A DNA stretch of 64,000 nt from an uncultured delta proteobacterium (GTDB lineage: Bacteria; Desulfobacterota; Binatia; UBA9968), in NCBI GenBank assembly GCA_963760795.1, contig CAVXEP010000013.1, positions 128,001-192,000 of the forward strand. The letters are read 5' to 3'. Positions within the stretch are counted from its first letter, which is position 1; every line of letters begins with the position of its first letter. Under the pieces are notes generated by a model. The model did not search any database. It had not been told where the DNA came from and saw only the letters and a list, made by a program, of their open reading frames with translations. Positions 1 to 10,256 of this stretch are shown one piece after another. The position numbers and the translations under genes are program-made.

Positions 1-124
1 GCAAAACTGACTGCGCCACTCTGCCATTGTAAAATTCTAAGTCAACGGCACCCTATTATTTATGATTGTCGCGCGGGCGTCTTAACTTCATATTGGCATC
101 ATGGGCTCATTTCGCTAGATGCCT

Positions 125-1006
125 TCATTTGGTTGCGTCCCGATAAAAACTCTCGTCGTAATACCCCGGCAGCTCATTCCCCATCGACGGCGTAAGCTTG
201 AACAGAACGCGCAGATCGAGAACGCACTTCAATCCCGGCAGATGCAGTGCGCCGCTTTTCGGTAGCTGTGCCAATTTGCGCGCCGCCGCTTTTTCATCGA
301 GCTTTTCTTCCGCGGCGACGATCGCCAGCACTTCCGCACGGTTGCTGTCGTCGAGCGCGAAACGCAATGCACGGTTCCAAGCGCTGAGAAATTTGAGCAG
401 CAACGCGCGATTCTCCGCGGCCCACTGGCGGCCGACGGCAAACACGCCGCCGGGATAATCCGGCAGCACTGCGCGATGATCGGCGAAGCGCACCATGCCC
501 GCCGCCGCGGCTTTGGCATCCCAAGGCGCATTGAGCACGCCGGCGAAGGTTTCACGGTTGACCATCGAATCGAGACGAAAACCGGTGGTGCCCTTGGCGA
601 TCAGCGAATAGTCGCCGCGCTCCATTTCCAAGCCGTGCGCCAACAGCACGCGGCGCAAGACCAAGGCAAAGGCGGTATCGACCGCGTCAACCGCCAACGC
701 TTTGCCGCGCAAATCTTCCCAGTTCTTGATCTCCGGCCGAACGTAAACCGGCAACGTCCCACCTTCCGACACCCGCGCGATCGCGACAAACTCCGCTCCC
801 TCGCGTCCCGACCAGCCGAGCACGTTGTCGAACGCCGTAGACACGATCTGCCATGAATTCTTTCCCAGACCGCGCATCTGATCGGTGGAGTTCGGCGTGA
901 CGATCACGTCGACATCGAGCCCGTCCGCGGCAAAGAAACCCTGCGCCCGTCCCACGGCAAGCGCGGCGTCGACGTTAAAGACATTTATCAGTAATTGTTC
1001 AGACAT
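125..1006 (-). CDS. NMT1/THI5/SsuA-like substrate-binding-fold protein, no obvious signal peptide
   Basis: 293-aa ORF with GFFAADGLDV and WEDLRGKALAVD motifs typical of the SsuA/THI5 family. Confidence 0.8.
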   Translation of the reverse strand: MSEQLLINVFNVDAALAVGRAQGFFAADGLDVDVIVTPNSTDQMRGLGKNSWQIVSTAFDNVLGWSGREGAEFVAIARVSEGGTLPVYVRPEIKNWEDLRGKALAVDAVDTAFALVLRRVLLAHGLEMERGDYSLIAKGTTGFRLDSMVNRETFAGVLNAPWDAKAAAAGMVRFADHRAVLPDYPGGVFAVGRQWAAENRALLLKFLSAWNRALRFALDDSNRAEVLAIVAAEEKLDEKAAARKLAQLPKSGALHLPGLKCVLDLRVLFKLTPSMGNELPGYYDESFYRDATK

Positions 1007-1021
1007 TGAGTGTTCCCGTTA

Positions 1022-1048
1022 TTTTGCGCCCTTTGCGTTCTTTGCGGC
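1022..1048. repeat. single arm of the 9-nt periodic (TTTGCGYYC)n repeat
   Basis: ttttgcgccctttgcgttctttgcggc is identical to the arm at ~33345 and near-identical to that at ~46580. Confidence 0.75.
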
Positions 1049-1060
1049 CATTGTCCTCTG

Positions 1061-2261
1061 CTACGGTATCTTCGGCCCTGTGTACTCCAGCACGTACAGT
1101 CCGCCCTTGATTCGATCGGTCACATAGATCAGCCCATCGGTATCGACATAAAGATCGTTGAACATCGGCGCCTTTTGTCCTTCCGGCGCCGGCGGGATGA
1201 AGTAGCCGACTTCCTCCGGTCGATACTGATTGCGGATGTCGAACACGCGCAGGCCGGCGTTGTAGTAAGTGACGAAAATAATATTTTCACTCTGAAAAGA
1301 GCCCGGCCGGTTCTCATGGACGTTGTGCGGACCGAAGCGCAGTCCCCGGCTGCAAAAATCGCCCTGCGGTACCGGGCAGGTGCTGACGATCACCGGATTT
1401 CTTTCTTCACGAATGTCGATGATCCACACCCGCTTCTCGCCTTCTTTGCAGTCGTATTTCACCGACTCGTCCACCGCGACGACAAGCTTTCGTCCCGGCA
1501 GCGGCAATGTCGTGTGCGCGTAGCCGCCGAAGGGCGGGCTCCAGTCGATATGGCTGATCGTCTTCGGTTTGCTGATGTCGGAGATATCGAGGATCGCCAT
1601 GCCGGCATCGACCAATGCCACGTAAGCACGGTCGTTATGGGGAATGGCCCCATGAACGTAGAAGTGTTCGCCTGCAAACGGCGTCCAATCCGCCGGCGTC
1701 GCTTCGCCTTCCTTGGTGCCGGGGATCCACCAGTGCCCCGCTTCCTTGGGATTCGTTGGATTGGAAATATCCGCGATCAAATATGCTCGCTCCTCGATGC
1801 CCGGCAGGTAGGCGCCGACGTGGGCGTACTTGCCGTCGCTGAACCACATGCGATGCACGCCCTTGCCCGGCAGTTTCAACCGCCCGATCTCGCGCGGCTC
1901 GGTCGGATTCTCGATGCTGTAAACTTTGATACCCGCCTCGTTGGGCACGCTATCGGCGAACCGACTTGTCGAAGTAGGGCCGTTCTTGATTCTGGATCAG
2001 AATGTCGCCGACGATCTGCACCTTATGGGAGTGGGTATTCGCCGCGTGGGGCATCTGCGTGATCAAACGCGGCTCGGTGGGATCGGCGACGTCGAGAATG
2101 CTCAGCGCCATCGGCGAGGTGCCAAGGTGTGCCAGATAAACGTAGCGGCCATGCTTGAGCAACTGCATGCCATCGCCGTGGCCATTCAAATCGTGATGGC
2201 CGATCACCCGCATATTAAAGCATTCGCTCTTGGCTTGGATCGCGTCGATTTCAGCGCCCAT
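1061..2261 (-). CDS. LVIVD-repeat beta-propeller protein, frameshifted near 1955-1960
   Basis: ORFs 1950..2318 and 1061..1948 join (FDKS/FADSVPNEAG); repeated LSILDVADP, MAILDISD and LRVFDIRN units; ATG 2261 with AGGAG RBS. Confidence 0.8.
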
Positions 2262-2299
2262 GACTCGCTCCTGTGCAACTACGTTGAGAGGCTGCGTCC

Positions 2300-2328
2300 A
2301 TATAATGGAGCGCCTCAAGGCTTGTCAA
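2300..2328 (-). promoter_or_regulatory. candidate sigma70 promoter for the LVIVD gene
   Basis: TTGACA-N17-TTATAT on the minus strand about 40 nt upstream of ATG 2261. Confidence 0.4.
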
Positions 2329-2408
2329 TGTGCTTTAGCTCCTAGTAGCGAGCGCCAGGCGAAAATGCTAAAAACAGCCAACCTGCGGTATCGTCTTAGG
2401 AGTCGACG

Positions 2409-3382
2409 ATGAAGAAACTGTTCGCTACTATTCGTCCTGTTCGGTTTAGTCGCCGGCGGCTGGCGCCCAGACCAAACGCATCGCCGTCGCCTACAGCGCC
2501 GTCAGCGCCACCCAGTCGTCGTTCTTCGTCACCAAAGAGGCCGGCATTTTCGAAAAGCACGGCTTCTACGTCGATCCCGTCTATGTCGCCAGCGGAACGA
2601 AAGTGGCCCAAGCGGTCATCGCCGGCGAATTCCCCGTGGCGCTTGCCGGCGGCACTGTAGTCAATGCCACACTCGCCGGCGGCGACATCGTCATCATCGG
2701 CGGTCTGGTCAACGTGCCGTCGTTCTACGTCTACGTCCATCCATCGATCAAGCGGCCGGAAGATTTGAAAGGCAAAGCCATCGGCATCACCACCTACGGC
2801 TCGTCGACAGATTTCTCGATCCGCTACTTCATAAAGAAATGGGGCATGGAGCCCGATCGCGATATCAAAGTTTTGCAAATGGGCGGCCAGCCGCAGATCG
2901 TCGCCGCAATGGTCGGCGGCAGCGTCCAAGGCGGCGTGCTGTCATCGCCGGCCAATTACCGAGCGGCCAAAGCCGGCTTCCAGCTGCTCACGGATTTCAA
3001 AAAAGTCGGCCTCGACTATCCCACGGTCAGCCTAGTGTCGACCCGGTCCTTTATCAAAAAGGATCCGCAGACCGTGCGCCGCTTCATGATGGCCTATAGC
3101 GAAGGCGTCGAGCGGCTCTACCGCGACAAGGAGTTCACCATGAAAGTCATCGGCAAGTACACCAAAACCGACGACCGCGAAGCTTTGGATTCGGCCTACG
3201 GCTTCGCGACGACCTTCATCGAACGACCGCCCCACCTGCCCTACAAGGCGATCGAGACGATCTTGGCACAACTCGGTGAGAAGGATCCGAAAGCGCGCGA
3301 AGCCAAGCCGGAAGATTTCATCGACCCGACCTTTTACAACGAGATGGAAAAATCCGGTTTCTTCAAAACCATCGCGCGCTAA
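2409..3382 (+). CDS. NMT1/SsuA-type ABC substrate-binding protein, frameshift(s) in signal peptide region
   Basis: ATG 2409 after AGGAG; the 2603 frame extends upstream as AQTKRIAVAYSAVSATQ...GIFEKHG; PEDLKGKAIGIT motif. Confidence 0.8.
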
Positions 3383-3430
3383 CGCCGCAAGCAAGGATCC
3401 TGGCAACAAATAGTTTGCAACTGAACCGAT

Positions 3431-3512
3431 TCATCCCGAAGGACACGAAGAGCACGAAGTTCGGATTAATTATTTTCCGAAACCTTCGTGTCCTTCGGTG
3501 CCTTCGTGGTGA
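3431..3512. repeat. palindromic element family A (9-nt CACGAAGRR units), copy 1
   Basis: cgaagga-cacgaagag-cacgaag-ttcgga...ttccgaaac-cttcgtgtc-cttcggtgc-cttcgtggtga; matches copies at 11534, 55117 and 56182. Confidence 0.9.
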
Positions 3513-3550
3513 GAATGATTTCTCCGTGAACCTGCAAGTTACACGTTAAG

Positions 3551-4681
3551 ATGAAAGCCATCGTCATCAGACAGTTCGGCGCCCCCGAAGTCATGCGCCT
3601 CGAGGATGTCGCCGAGCCCAAAGCTGCGCCCGGCGAAATCGTCATCAAAGTCCACTCGGTGTCGGTCAACCGCACCCTCGATTGCATCGTGCGTGCCGGC
3701 AATTATCCGGTGACCATCGAGATGCCCCATGTCCTCGGCGTCGATCCGGCCGGCGAAGTCGTCGAACTCGGTAGCGGCGTCACCCGCTTCAAAATCGGCG
3801 ATCGCGTCGCGACAATCTCGATCATCCGCTGTGGCCAGTGCAAGCAATGCGCGCGCGGCCTCGAAGCCAATTGTCTCGCGAGCCAACATATCGGTCTGCA
3901 TCGCTGGGGCGGCTACGCCGAATATGTCGCTGTACCCGAGCGCAACGCCTTCAAGATCGCCGACAACTTGACGTACGCCGAAGGTACCGTGATCACCCGC
4001 CACTATCCGATGGCGTTCAACTTGCTCACCGGCAAGACTCAGGTCCAAGCCGGCGAATGGGTTTTGGTCATGGGCGCCACCGGCGCGCTGGGTAGTTGCT
4101 GCGTACAAGTGGCGAAAATGTTCGGCGCCAGAGTGATCGCCGCCGCCGGCGCCGATGAGAGAGTCGAACTGGCGATGAAGAGCGGCGCAGACTTCGGCAT
4201 CAACTATCGCACTCAAGATCTCGCTAAGGAGGTCATGGCACTCACCGACGGCGACGGCGTCGATATCGTCTGCGAAAGCATCGCTGACCCGACCTTGTGG
4301 CCTGGCGCGTTCAACAGCCTCGCCATCGGCGGCCGCATGGTCACCGCCGGCGCCCATGGCGGCGGCAACGTCATGCTCGACGTCAAGCGCTTGTACCAGC
4401 GCCGCATCAGCATCCTCGGCGCGGCGGGCACCAATCCGCCTGACGTGGAGAAAGCCTTAGAAGCCGCCCGCGCCGGCAAGATCAGAGCGATTCCCCATCG
4501 CAAAATGGCACTAAGCCAAGCCCCAGAGGCGCACCGCATTGTCGAGAACAATCAGATCATCGGCAAGATAATTCTGGAACCGGCCCAAGAATTAGGTATA
4601 TTTCCCGCAAAGGTGCCAAGCTTGCAAAGGTTCGGAAAGAGTTTTTCCGAACTTACCATCTTTGCGCCTTTGCGGGAGTAA
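3551..4681 (+). CDS. zinc-binding medium-chain dehydrogenase/reductase (MDR family)
   Basis: MKAIVI start, structural Zn site CGQCKQC...C, GATGALG NAD(P) motif; last ~25 aa are encoded by a repeat. Confidence 0.9.
   Translation: MKAIVIRQFGAPEVMRLEDVAEPKAAPGEIVIKVHSVSVNRTLDCIVRAGNYPVTIEMPHVLGVDPAGEVVELGSGVTRFKIGDRVATISIIRCGQCKQCARGLEANCLASQHIGLHRWGGYAEYVAVPERNAFKIADNLTYAEGTVITRHYPMAFNLLTGKTQVQAGEWVLVMGATGALGSCCVQVAKMFGARVIAAAGADERVELAMKSGADFGINYRTQDLAKEVMALTDGDGVDIVCESIADPTLWPGAFNSLAIGGRMVTAGAHGGGNVMLDVKRLYQRRISILGAAGTNPPDVEKALEAARAGKIRAIPHRKMALSQAPEAHRIVENNQIIGKIILEPAQELGIFPAKVPSLQRFGKSFSELTIFAPLRE
4603..4678. repeat. palindromic element family B (CGCAAAG-type 9-nt units)
   Basis: cccgcaaaggtgccaag...ttcggaaaga-gtttttccgaa...ctttgcgcctttgcggga, an imperfect inverted repeat. 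Confidence 0.8.
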
Positions 4682-4758
4682 ATCCGAATCCCCCACTGCG
4701 TTTACAGCACGCAAGTCAACATGCTAAACACCAAGTAAAGCAATCGTAGGAGGAACCC

Positions 4759-5610
4759 ATGGCACAGATCGTTTCGATCATCGGCATCACGCACAATCCG
4801 TTCATGCCGCGCCTGTTCAAACAAGCGCAGCAGCCGCCCGGCGCCGCCAAAGTCAAGGAACGCATCGCCATGATGCGCCAGAAGCTTGCCGAGGCCAAAG
4901 TCGACGTGCTCGTGTGTATCGGCAACGATCATCTGCATCAATTTTTCATGGACAACATGCCGGCGTTCATGATCGGCAAGATGGAGCAGTACGACGGCAC
5001 GTTTTACGACGAGGAGCGCGAGTTCGGCTTGCCGAAGTGCAAGCTCCAGGGCGACCTCGACGTCTCCGACGCTATCATGGAGGGCGCCTTCGACCGCGGC
5101 GTCGATTTTTCCTATTCGAATGAACTGACCATCGACCACTCGATCGTCGTGCCGATGATGTTCGTCCGGCCCGAGATGGATATCCCCATCGTGCCGATCT
5201 TGACCAACTGCATCGCCCCGCCGATGCCGCGAGCAAAACGCTACTTCGAGGTCGGCAAAGCGATCCGCGCCGCCATCGACAGCCTGCCGTCCAATAAACG
5301 CATCGGCGTGCTCGTCAGCGGCCATCTATCCCTGGAAATCGGCGGCCCGAAAATGTTCGAGCCGCGCCTCACCGATCCGAACTTCGACGCCAACGCGGTG
5401 GGCTGGATCGTCAACGGCAACATCGACGCCGCCACCGACGCGTGCGCCCCAGAAAAGATGCTCCAATACGGCAACATGACCACAGGCTATTTGAACTTCA
5501 TCATGATGATGGGCGTCGCCAATCTGGCCAAGCCATCCTACGCCGAAGGCTTGGACGCCGGATTTCCCGCGATCCCGTTTTTTAGCTGGGATCAGCAGTC
5601 CAAGATCTAA
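4759..5610 (+). CDS. class III extradiol ring-cleavage dioxygenase, LigB-like beta subunit
   Basis: GITHNP, IGNDH, IDHSIVVP and VSGHLS motifs of the LigB family. Confidence 0.85.
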   Translation: MAQIVSIIGITHNPFMPRLFKQAQQPPGAAKVKERIAMMRQKLAEAKVDVLVCIGNDHLHQFFMDNMPAFMIGKMEQYDGTFYDEEREFGLPKCKLQGDLDVSDAIMEGAFDRGVDFSYSNELTIDHSIVVPMMFVRPEMDIPIVPILTNCIAPPMPRAKRYFEVGKAIRAAIDSLPSNKRIGVLVSGHLSLEIGGPKMFEPRLTDPNFDANAVGWIVNGNIDAATDACAPEKMLQYGNMTTGYLNFIMMMGVANLAKPSYAEGLDAGFPAIPFFSWDQQSKI

Positions 5611-5632
5611 GGATCTATTCTAGAGGGCAACA

Positions 5633-5905
5633 ATGGATTTTAAGATTCTCTCCACCGTCTTCACTTCCGTCTTCATCGCCGAGCTCGGCGACAAGACCCA
5701 ACTGGCGACGATGCTATTCGCCGCGGACAAGGACACCAGCAAATTGACGGTGTTCCTCGGTGCCGCCGCGGCGCTGGTCGTCACCTCCGCCATCGGCGTC
5801 GCCGCGGGCTCGATCGTATCGAATTACGTCAGCGAAAAGACTCTGCAATATGTGGCGGGAATTGGCTTTATCGGAATCGGGATCTGGACGTTGGCTAAAG
5901 CGTAG
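5633..5905 (+). CDS. GDT1/TMEM165 (UPF0016) family membrane protein, single domain
   Basis: signature AELGDKTQ and three hydrophobic segments. Confidence 0.9.
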   Translation: MDFKILSTVFTSVFIAELGDKTQLATMLFAADKDTSKLTVFLGAAAALVVTSAIGVAAGSIVSNYVSEKTLQYVAGIGFIGIGIWTLAKA

Positions 5906-5918
5906 ATAAGGAGCGACC

Positions 5919-6230
5919 ATGAGCAAATATTTGATGAACAAACTGATTCATCTCGTCAACATGGATGAAAAAGCCGAAGAAAAGTATTGCGCCAATCCGC
6001 GCGCCTTCGTCGAAGAGTGGGAGAAAACCCAGAAGCTAAAATTAACGCCGGAAGAACGCGAGGCGCTGGCGACCAAAGACTACGGCAAGCTATACGCGCT
6101 GGGAGCCCATCCGTTCACTCTATGGAGTTTTACCGAAGCGGTCTGGATACACGAAGTGGCGCGCCCCGAATTGGTGGCGGACTACAAAGCCAAGGCTACC
6201 AAGGCAGGATATCCAAATTTTAAAACCTGA
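5919..6230 (+). CDS. LigA-like small (alpha) subunit of extradiol dioxygenase
   Basis: MSKYLMNK...LTPEEREAL...DYGKLYALGAHPFTL resembles LigA; located in the ligB operon. Confidence 0.75.
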   Translation: MSKYLMNKLIHLVNMDEKAEEKYCANPRAFVEEWEKTQKLKLTPEEREALATKDYGKLYALGAHPFTLWSFTEAVWIHEVARPELVADYKAKATKAGYPNFKT

Positions 6231-6254
6231 GAGACTAGCCGAGGCGGGCGTTTG

Positions 6255-6279
6255 AAGGGACGCAGCATACTGCGCCCTT
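6255..6279. repeat. degenerate GTAG-type REP-like hairpin between convergent genes
   Basis: aagggacgcag-cata-ctgcgccctt. Confidence 0.55.
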
Positions 6280-6293
6280 TGCGCAAGTCGCGG

Positions 6294-7572
6294 TTACTCG
6301 TTCTTCCGCGCTTCCTGCTCCATGGCGCGCGTATAGCCCTTCCAGTCACTGACCCCGCTAACCAAATCCGAAATCACCAACAGGTGCGACAAAATATTCT
6401 GCTCTGGCTTGCGAATAACATGGGGCGGCTCGCCGCCCGCTTGAATATCGCGGATCGCTTTTTCCATCAGCTTGCGCGCTGCCACGATGGCGATATCGGA
6501 GGAGACGATGTTTTCCCGTGTGCGGTCTTGCACCGCGCCCTGGCTGCCGGTGGCAAACGCGTCGTGGGTCTGAAAGCCGCTGCCCATGCCGGTATAGGTT
6601 TGCGTCTGCATCGACTGGCGGTCCTGCATAAAATGGTTCGACTGGTTGCGCACCGGCCGGTAGTGCTCGTCGACTTCCGCCAGGGATTTGTCGATCACCT
6701 CCTGGTCGAGGGCAACTTCGCGGTTGAAGAAGAAACAATATTTCCAATGATGGGTATCGTCGATCGGCACATGCCAGTTGATACCATAGCCTTGCCCGCC
6801 GGTTTGGCCAGGAAACGTGCTTAGATTGGGCAGGACAAAATTCGACACCCGAAGATAAATCTTATCGTCGCCCATCTGGCGGACTGAATAGATGCGCACG
6901 CCGAAATCGGTGATCTCGACATCCAGCGTCGGCGGTTGAGCTTTGGCGATCAAGTTATAATGGGACTCGTCGCTGCCGCGCACGCCGGTGTAGCGTTCTT
7001 CTTTATGCTCAAGAAAGCGATGCAGAAACGACAAGTGCACCGGATCGATGTTGCCCTCGTTGGCCTGCAAGTAATTGCACTCGTGATAAACTTTGTAAAC
7101 GCAAAAGTGCCCTGCCGGTTGATTCAAAAATTCATAATTGGGTAACAGCGGCGGTTCGCCCGGTCCCATGTAAGTGAAAACTACACCGCTCTTTTCCTGG
7201 CAAGGATAGGCGAGATGACGGATGGCGGCAGCGATTGGCGCCGCCGCCCGGTTCGCCCGGCTGCTCCAAACAGCGGCCGCGAATATCGTAGAGCCAACCA
7301 TGGTAGAGACAACGCAGTCCGCCGTCCTCGATGCGGCCATAGCTCAAATCAGTGCCACGATGGGAGCAATGCAAACCGAGCAAGCCAACCCGGCCTTGAT
7401 CGTCGCGAAACAGCGCCAAGTCCTCGCCGAGAATCCGCACAGGTAGTGGCGCGCCACCTGGGGGCAACTCGGAAACCAACGCCACCGGCTGCCAGTAGCG
7501 CCGCAACAGCTCGCCGGCTGGTGCACCGCGATTGGTTTGGGTCAACAATTGATTTTCTTCGTTGGTGATCAT
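6294..7572 (-). CDS. Rieske non-heme iron oxygenase alpha subunit (phthalate 4,5-dioxygenase-like), frameshifted near 7230
   Basis: Rieske CSHRG...CLYHGW in ORF 7132..7740; mononuclear Fe motif EGNIDPVHLSFLH in ORF 6294..7340. Confidence 0.85.
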
Positions 7573-7598
7573 GGCGCTATTTTCGACTTTCCTGACAG

Positions 7599-8708
7599 TT
7601 ATTTCAAAAGCTTGGTCGCCAATGCGATTGCCGGCGTTCTTATCTTCTTCACCGACGACTCCAGATGGGTTTCCAAGCGTAGATAATCGTCCACCGTCAT
7701 GACGTCTTTGCAACCCTGGCTGCCTGCCTCCTTCAACCACGCCGTGCTCACGTCGAGCCGCCGGGTGCCCTGGGTCATCGCTTTACCGTAAAGTTCCTGG
7801 CCTTCTTTACTGAGCAGCCAGTTGACGAAGATTTTTGCCGCGTTCGGATGGGGTGGGTTTTTTATCACCGTCACCACGCCGCTGCCGTTATTGGCATGGG
7901 CGCCTTCTCTGACGCGCGGCACCGGCTTCACCGGCAGTCCGGCCTTGATAAACGGATCGTAAGTGTAGTGGCTCAAGCCAAGAGTGAAGGCGAGCTTGCC
8001 TTTCGCCAAGCCATCGGCGAGCTGGCGCAAGTTCTGATTGATAAGCAAATCCTGCTGCGCGAGCTTGGTCAGAAACTCTTCGCCTTTGGTTTTCCAGATA
8101 AACGACCAGGTGTTTTGCCCCGAGCCGGGGCTGCGCGGATCGAGCAAACCGATGCGTCCTTTCCACTTGGGATTCAATAGATCGTCAAAGGAACGGATCT
8201 CACTGGGTTCCGCCTGGCTGCTGTTGTACCACCAGGTCTCGCTCGTGTAACAGAGAAAGGCGTAGACATGTTTCTTGGTACTAACGTTATCTTCCCAGAT
8301 ATGGCCACCCCACCAGTTCTTGGGATCCTTCACTTCCGGCAAAATCATGTACGCATTGAAATCGTCGGCGGCGCCCATTGCGACCATCGACAGCGGTGTT
8401 GCACCGCCGGCCACGAGCACGTCGTAATAGCGCACGCCGGCATTGTATTCCGTGATGATGCGCGTCACGTTCTCCGGCCCACGCGCCGCCAAAAGCTCAA
8501 TGGAGATACCGAACTTGTCTTTGAATTTCTGTCCGATCGCCGTGCGCAGCTCGGTACTGGCGGGAATGCCGACGACAACGATACCCTCTTTGCGTGCCTC
8601 GGCCAGGGTTTGCTTCCATTCGACCTGCCCCTCGGCGGCAAGCACTGGATTCGCAAGCAGCGAACCCGCCAAGAGCAGCGAGAAAATTTTGTTGGTAAAA
8701 TGATTCAC
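7599..8708 (-). CDS. extracellular solute-binding protein (Fe3+/thiamine-type SBP fold)
   Basis: signal peptide; DDLLNPKWKG and PHPNAAKIFVNWLLSKEGQ motifs. Confidence 0.85.
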   Translation of the reverse strand: MNHFTNKIFSLLLAGSLLANPVLAAEGQVEWKQTLAEARKEGIVVVGIPASTELRTAIGQKFKDKFGISIELLAARGPENVTRIITEYNAGVRYYDVLVAGGATPLSMVAMGAADDFNAYMILPEVKDPKNWWGGHIWEDNVSTKKHVYAFLCYTSETWWYNSSQAEPSEIRSFDDLLNPKWKGRIGLLDPRSPGSGQNTWSFIWKTKGEEFLTKLAQQDLLINQNLRQLADGLAKGKLAFTLGLSHYTYDPFIKAGLPVKPVPRVREGAHANNGSGVVTVIKNPPHPNAAKIFVNWLLSKEGQELYGKAMTQGTRRLDVSTAWLKEAGSQGCKDVMTVDDYLRLETHLESSVKKIRTPAIALATKLLK

Positions 8709-8711
8709 ACT

Positions 8712-10169
8712 CTACGCTCCAGGAAACGGAATCACATTGCGAAATTTTTTGATCACTTGCTCGCGCAACTCGCGGCTGGAGCGGCTGACTTTAGGAAATT
8801 TATCTTTCCAATGGAACGGCCGCACGGCGTAGAAGATAGCCCGGCCGTTGGTGTGGTCTTTCGACTCACGCTTGTCCGGCGGCATGCGCGGATCGAGCGG
8901 CGTCGACCAGGCGCCGTCGACGATGTCGATGTTGGTCGGAGGATCGACCCGCGTCATCATCGCCCACAGCACTTCTTTCATATTGGTCGGATCGATGTCG
9001 TCGTCGACCACGACCACGTAGCGGCCGTTGCGCGCCGACGCCGCGCAACTGACGGCGGCGAGGCCGGCCTGCTTGGCGTGGCCGGGGAATTTCTGCTCGA
9101 TGGCGACCACGGTCATGTACGGCGAGTGATTGTAAACCCCGACAACGTTTTGGACGCCGGCGGCTTCGAGCTGATCCCAGAGAATGCCAGCCGTCGGATT
9201 GCCATCGATCTTCATCGCGCCGGTCCACAGCGGCGCTTCCTCTTCGAGGATCGGATCGTTGCGATGATAGATCGCCTTGACGCGAATCACCGGCTGCGCT
9301 TCGCCGGTGCCAATGGTACCGCCGGAATAGTAACCCGGCCATTCGCCAAACGGCCCCTCGGCGCGCGCCTCCTCGCTCGGCGGCGGAATCTCGCCTTCTA
9401 TGGCAATCTCCGCGCCGGCGGGAATCGGCAAGCCTGTCACAGGGCCGCGGATAAATTCCAACGGCCGGCCCATCAATCCACCGGCGTAATCGAGTTCCGA
9501 TTTACCATACGCGAGTTTGGTATGCGCCAAGGTGAATAGCAGCGGATCGCTGCCAAAGGTCGCCACCACCGGGCAGCTCTTGCCCTGCTGCCAATACTTG
9601 GCGCAAATCAGCCGGCCATCCTGCCCTGGACTCATCCACAGACCGAGTAGATTCTTTTCATGCAACTGAATCCGGTAGGTGCCGGCGTTAATGAAACCGC
9701 TATCGGGGTCGGCATTGATCAGACAATCGCCGGTGCCGATGTAGCGCCCGCCGTCGCCGTCGTGGAAACGCGGCGCGGGAAATTTCAGCAGATCGACCTG
9801 GTGACCTTGCATGACGTTTTCCATCAGCGGCGAACTCTTGACCTCCGCGGCTGGAATAGAATTGCCGGACTTCATCTTGCGCGCCAGCAAGCGCACCACT
9901 TCAAGCTTGGTTTTCCCCGGCGCAATGCCGAAGGCCAACGCGGTACGTTTGTAGTTGGCGAAAGCCAGGCTGACCAGACGAAATCCCGCTGGATAGTCCT
10001 TGATCTTGTCGAACAGCAGCATGGGCCGCTCATCGAGCTCCGCCGTCGCCTCGATCAACGCGCCGATCTCGTTGTTCCAATCGGCGCCTTCGATCAAACG
10101 CCACTCGCTGACTTTCTTGGCGGCTTCGATGAAACCGCGAAAATCTTTATAGGGAATTTCATCCATCAT
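8712..10169 (-). CDS. UbiD family prFMN-dependent (de)carboxylase
   Basis: DGGRYIGT, NAGTYR, EGPFGEWPGY and VVVDDDIDP motifs. Confidence 0.92.
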   Translation of the reverse strand: MMDEIPYKDFRGFIEAAKKVSEWRLIEGADWNNEIGALIEATAELDERPMLLFDKIKDYPAGFRLVSLAFANYKRTALAFGIAPGKTKLEVVRLLARKMKSGNSIPAAEVKSSPLMENVMQGHQVDLLKFPAPRFHDGDGGRYIGTGDCLINADPDSGFINAGTYRIQLHEKNLLGLWMSPGQDGRLICAKYWQQGKSCPVVATFGSDPLLFTLAHTKLAYGKSELDYAGGLMGRPLEFIRGPVTGLPIPAGAEIAIEGEIPPPSEEARAEGPFGEWPGYYSGGTIGTGEAQPVIRVKAIYHRNDPILEEEAPLWTGAMKIDGNPTAGILWDQLEAAGVQNVVGVYNHSPYMTVVAIEQKFPGHAKQAGLAAVSCAASARNGRYVVVVDDDIDPTNMKEVLWAMMTRVDPPTNIDIVDGAWSTPLDPRMPPDKRESKDHTNGRAIFYAVRPFHWKDKFPKVSRSSRELREQVIKKFRNVIPFPGA

Positions 10170-10256
10170 GATGCTCGCTGGTTATCGCCTGCTCAAATCC
10201 GCGCTCCGACTTCCGGCGATTCGAACGGCTTGAACGTTTTCAACTTCATCCACGGA

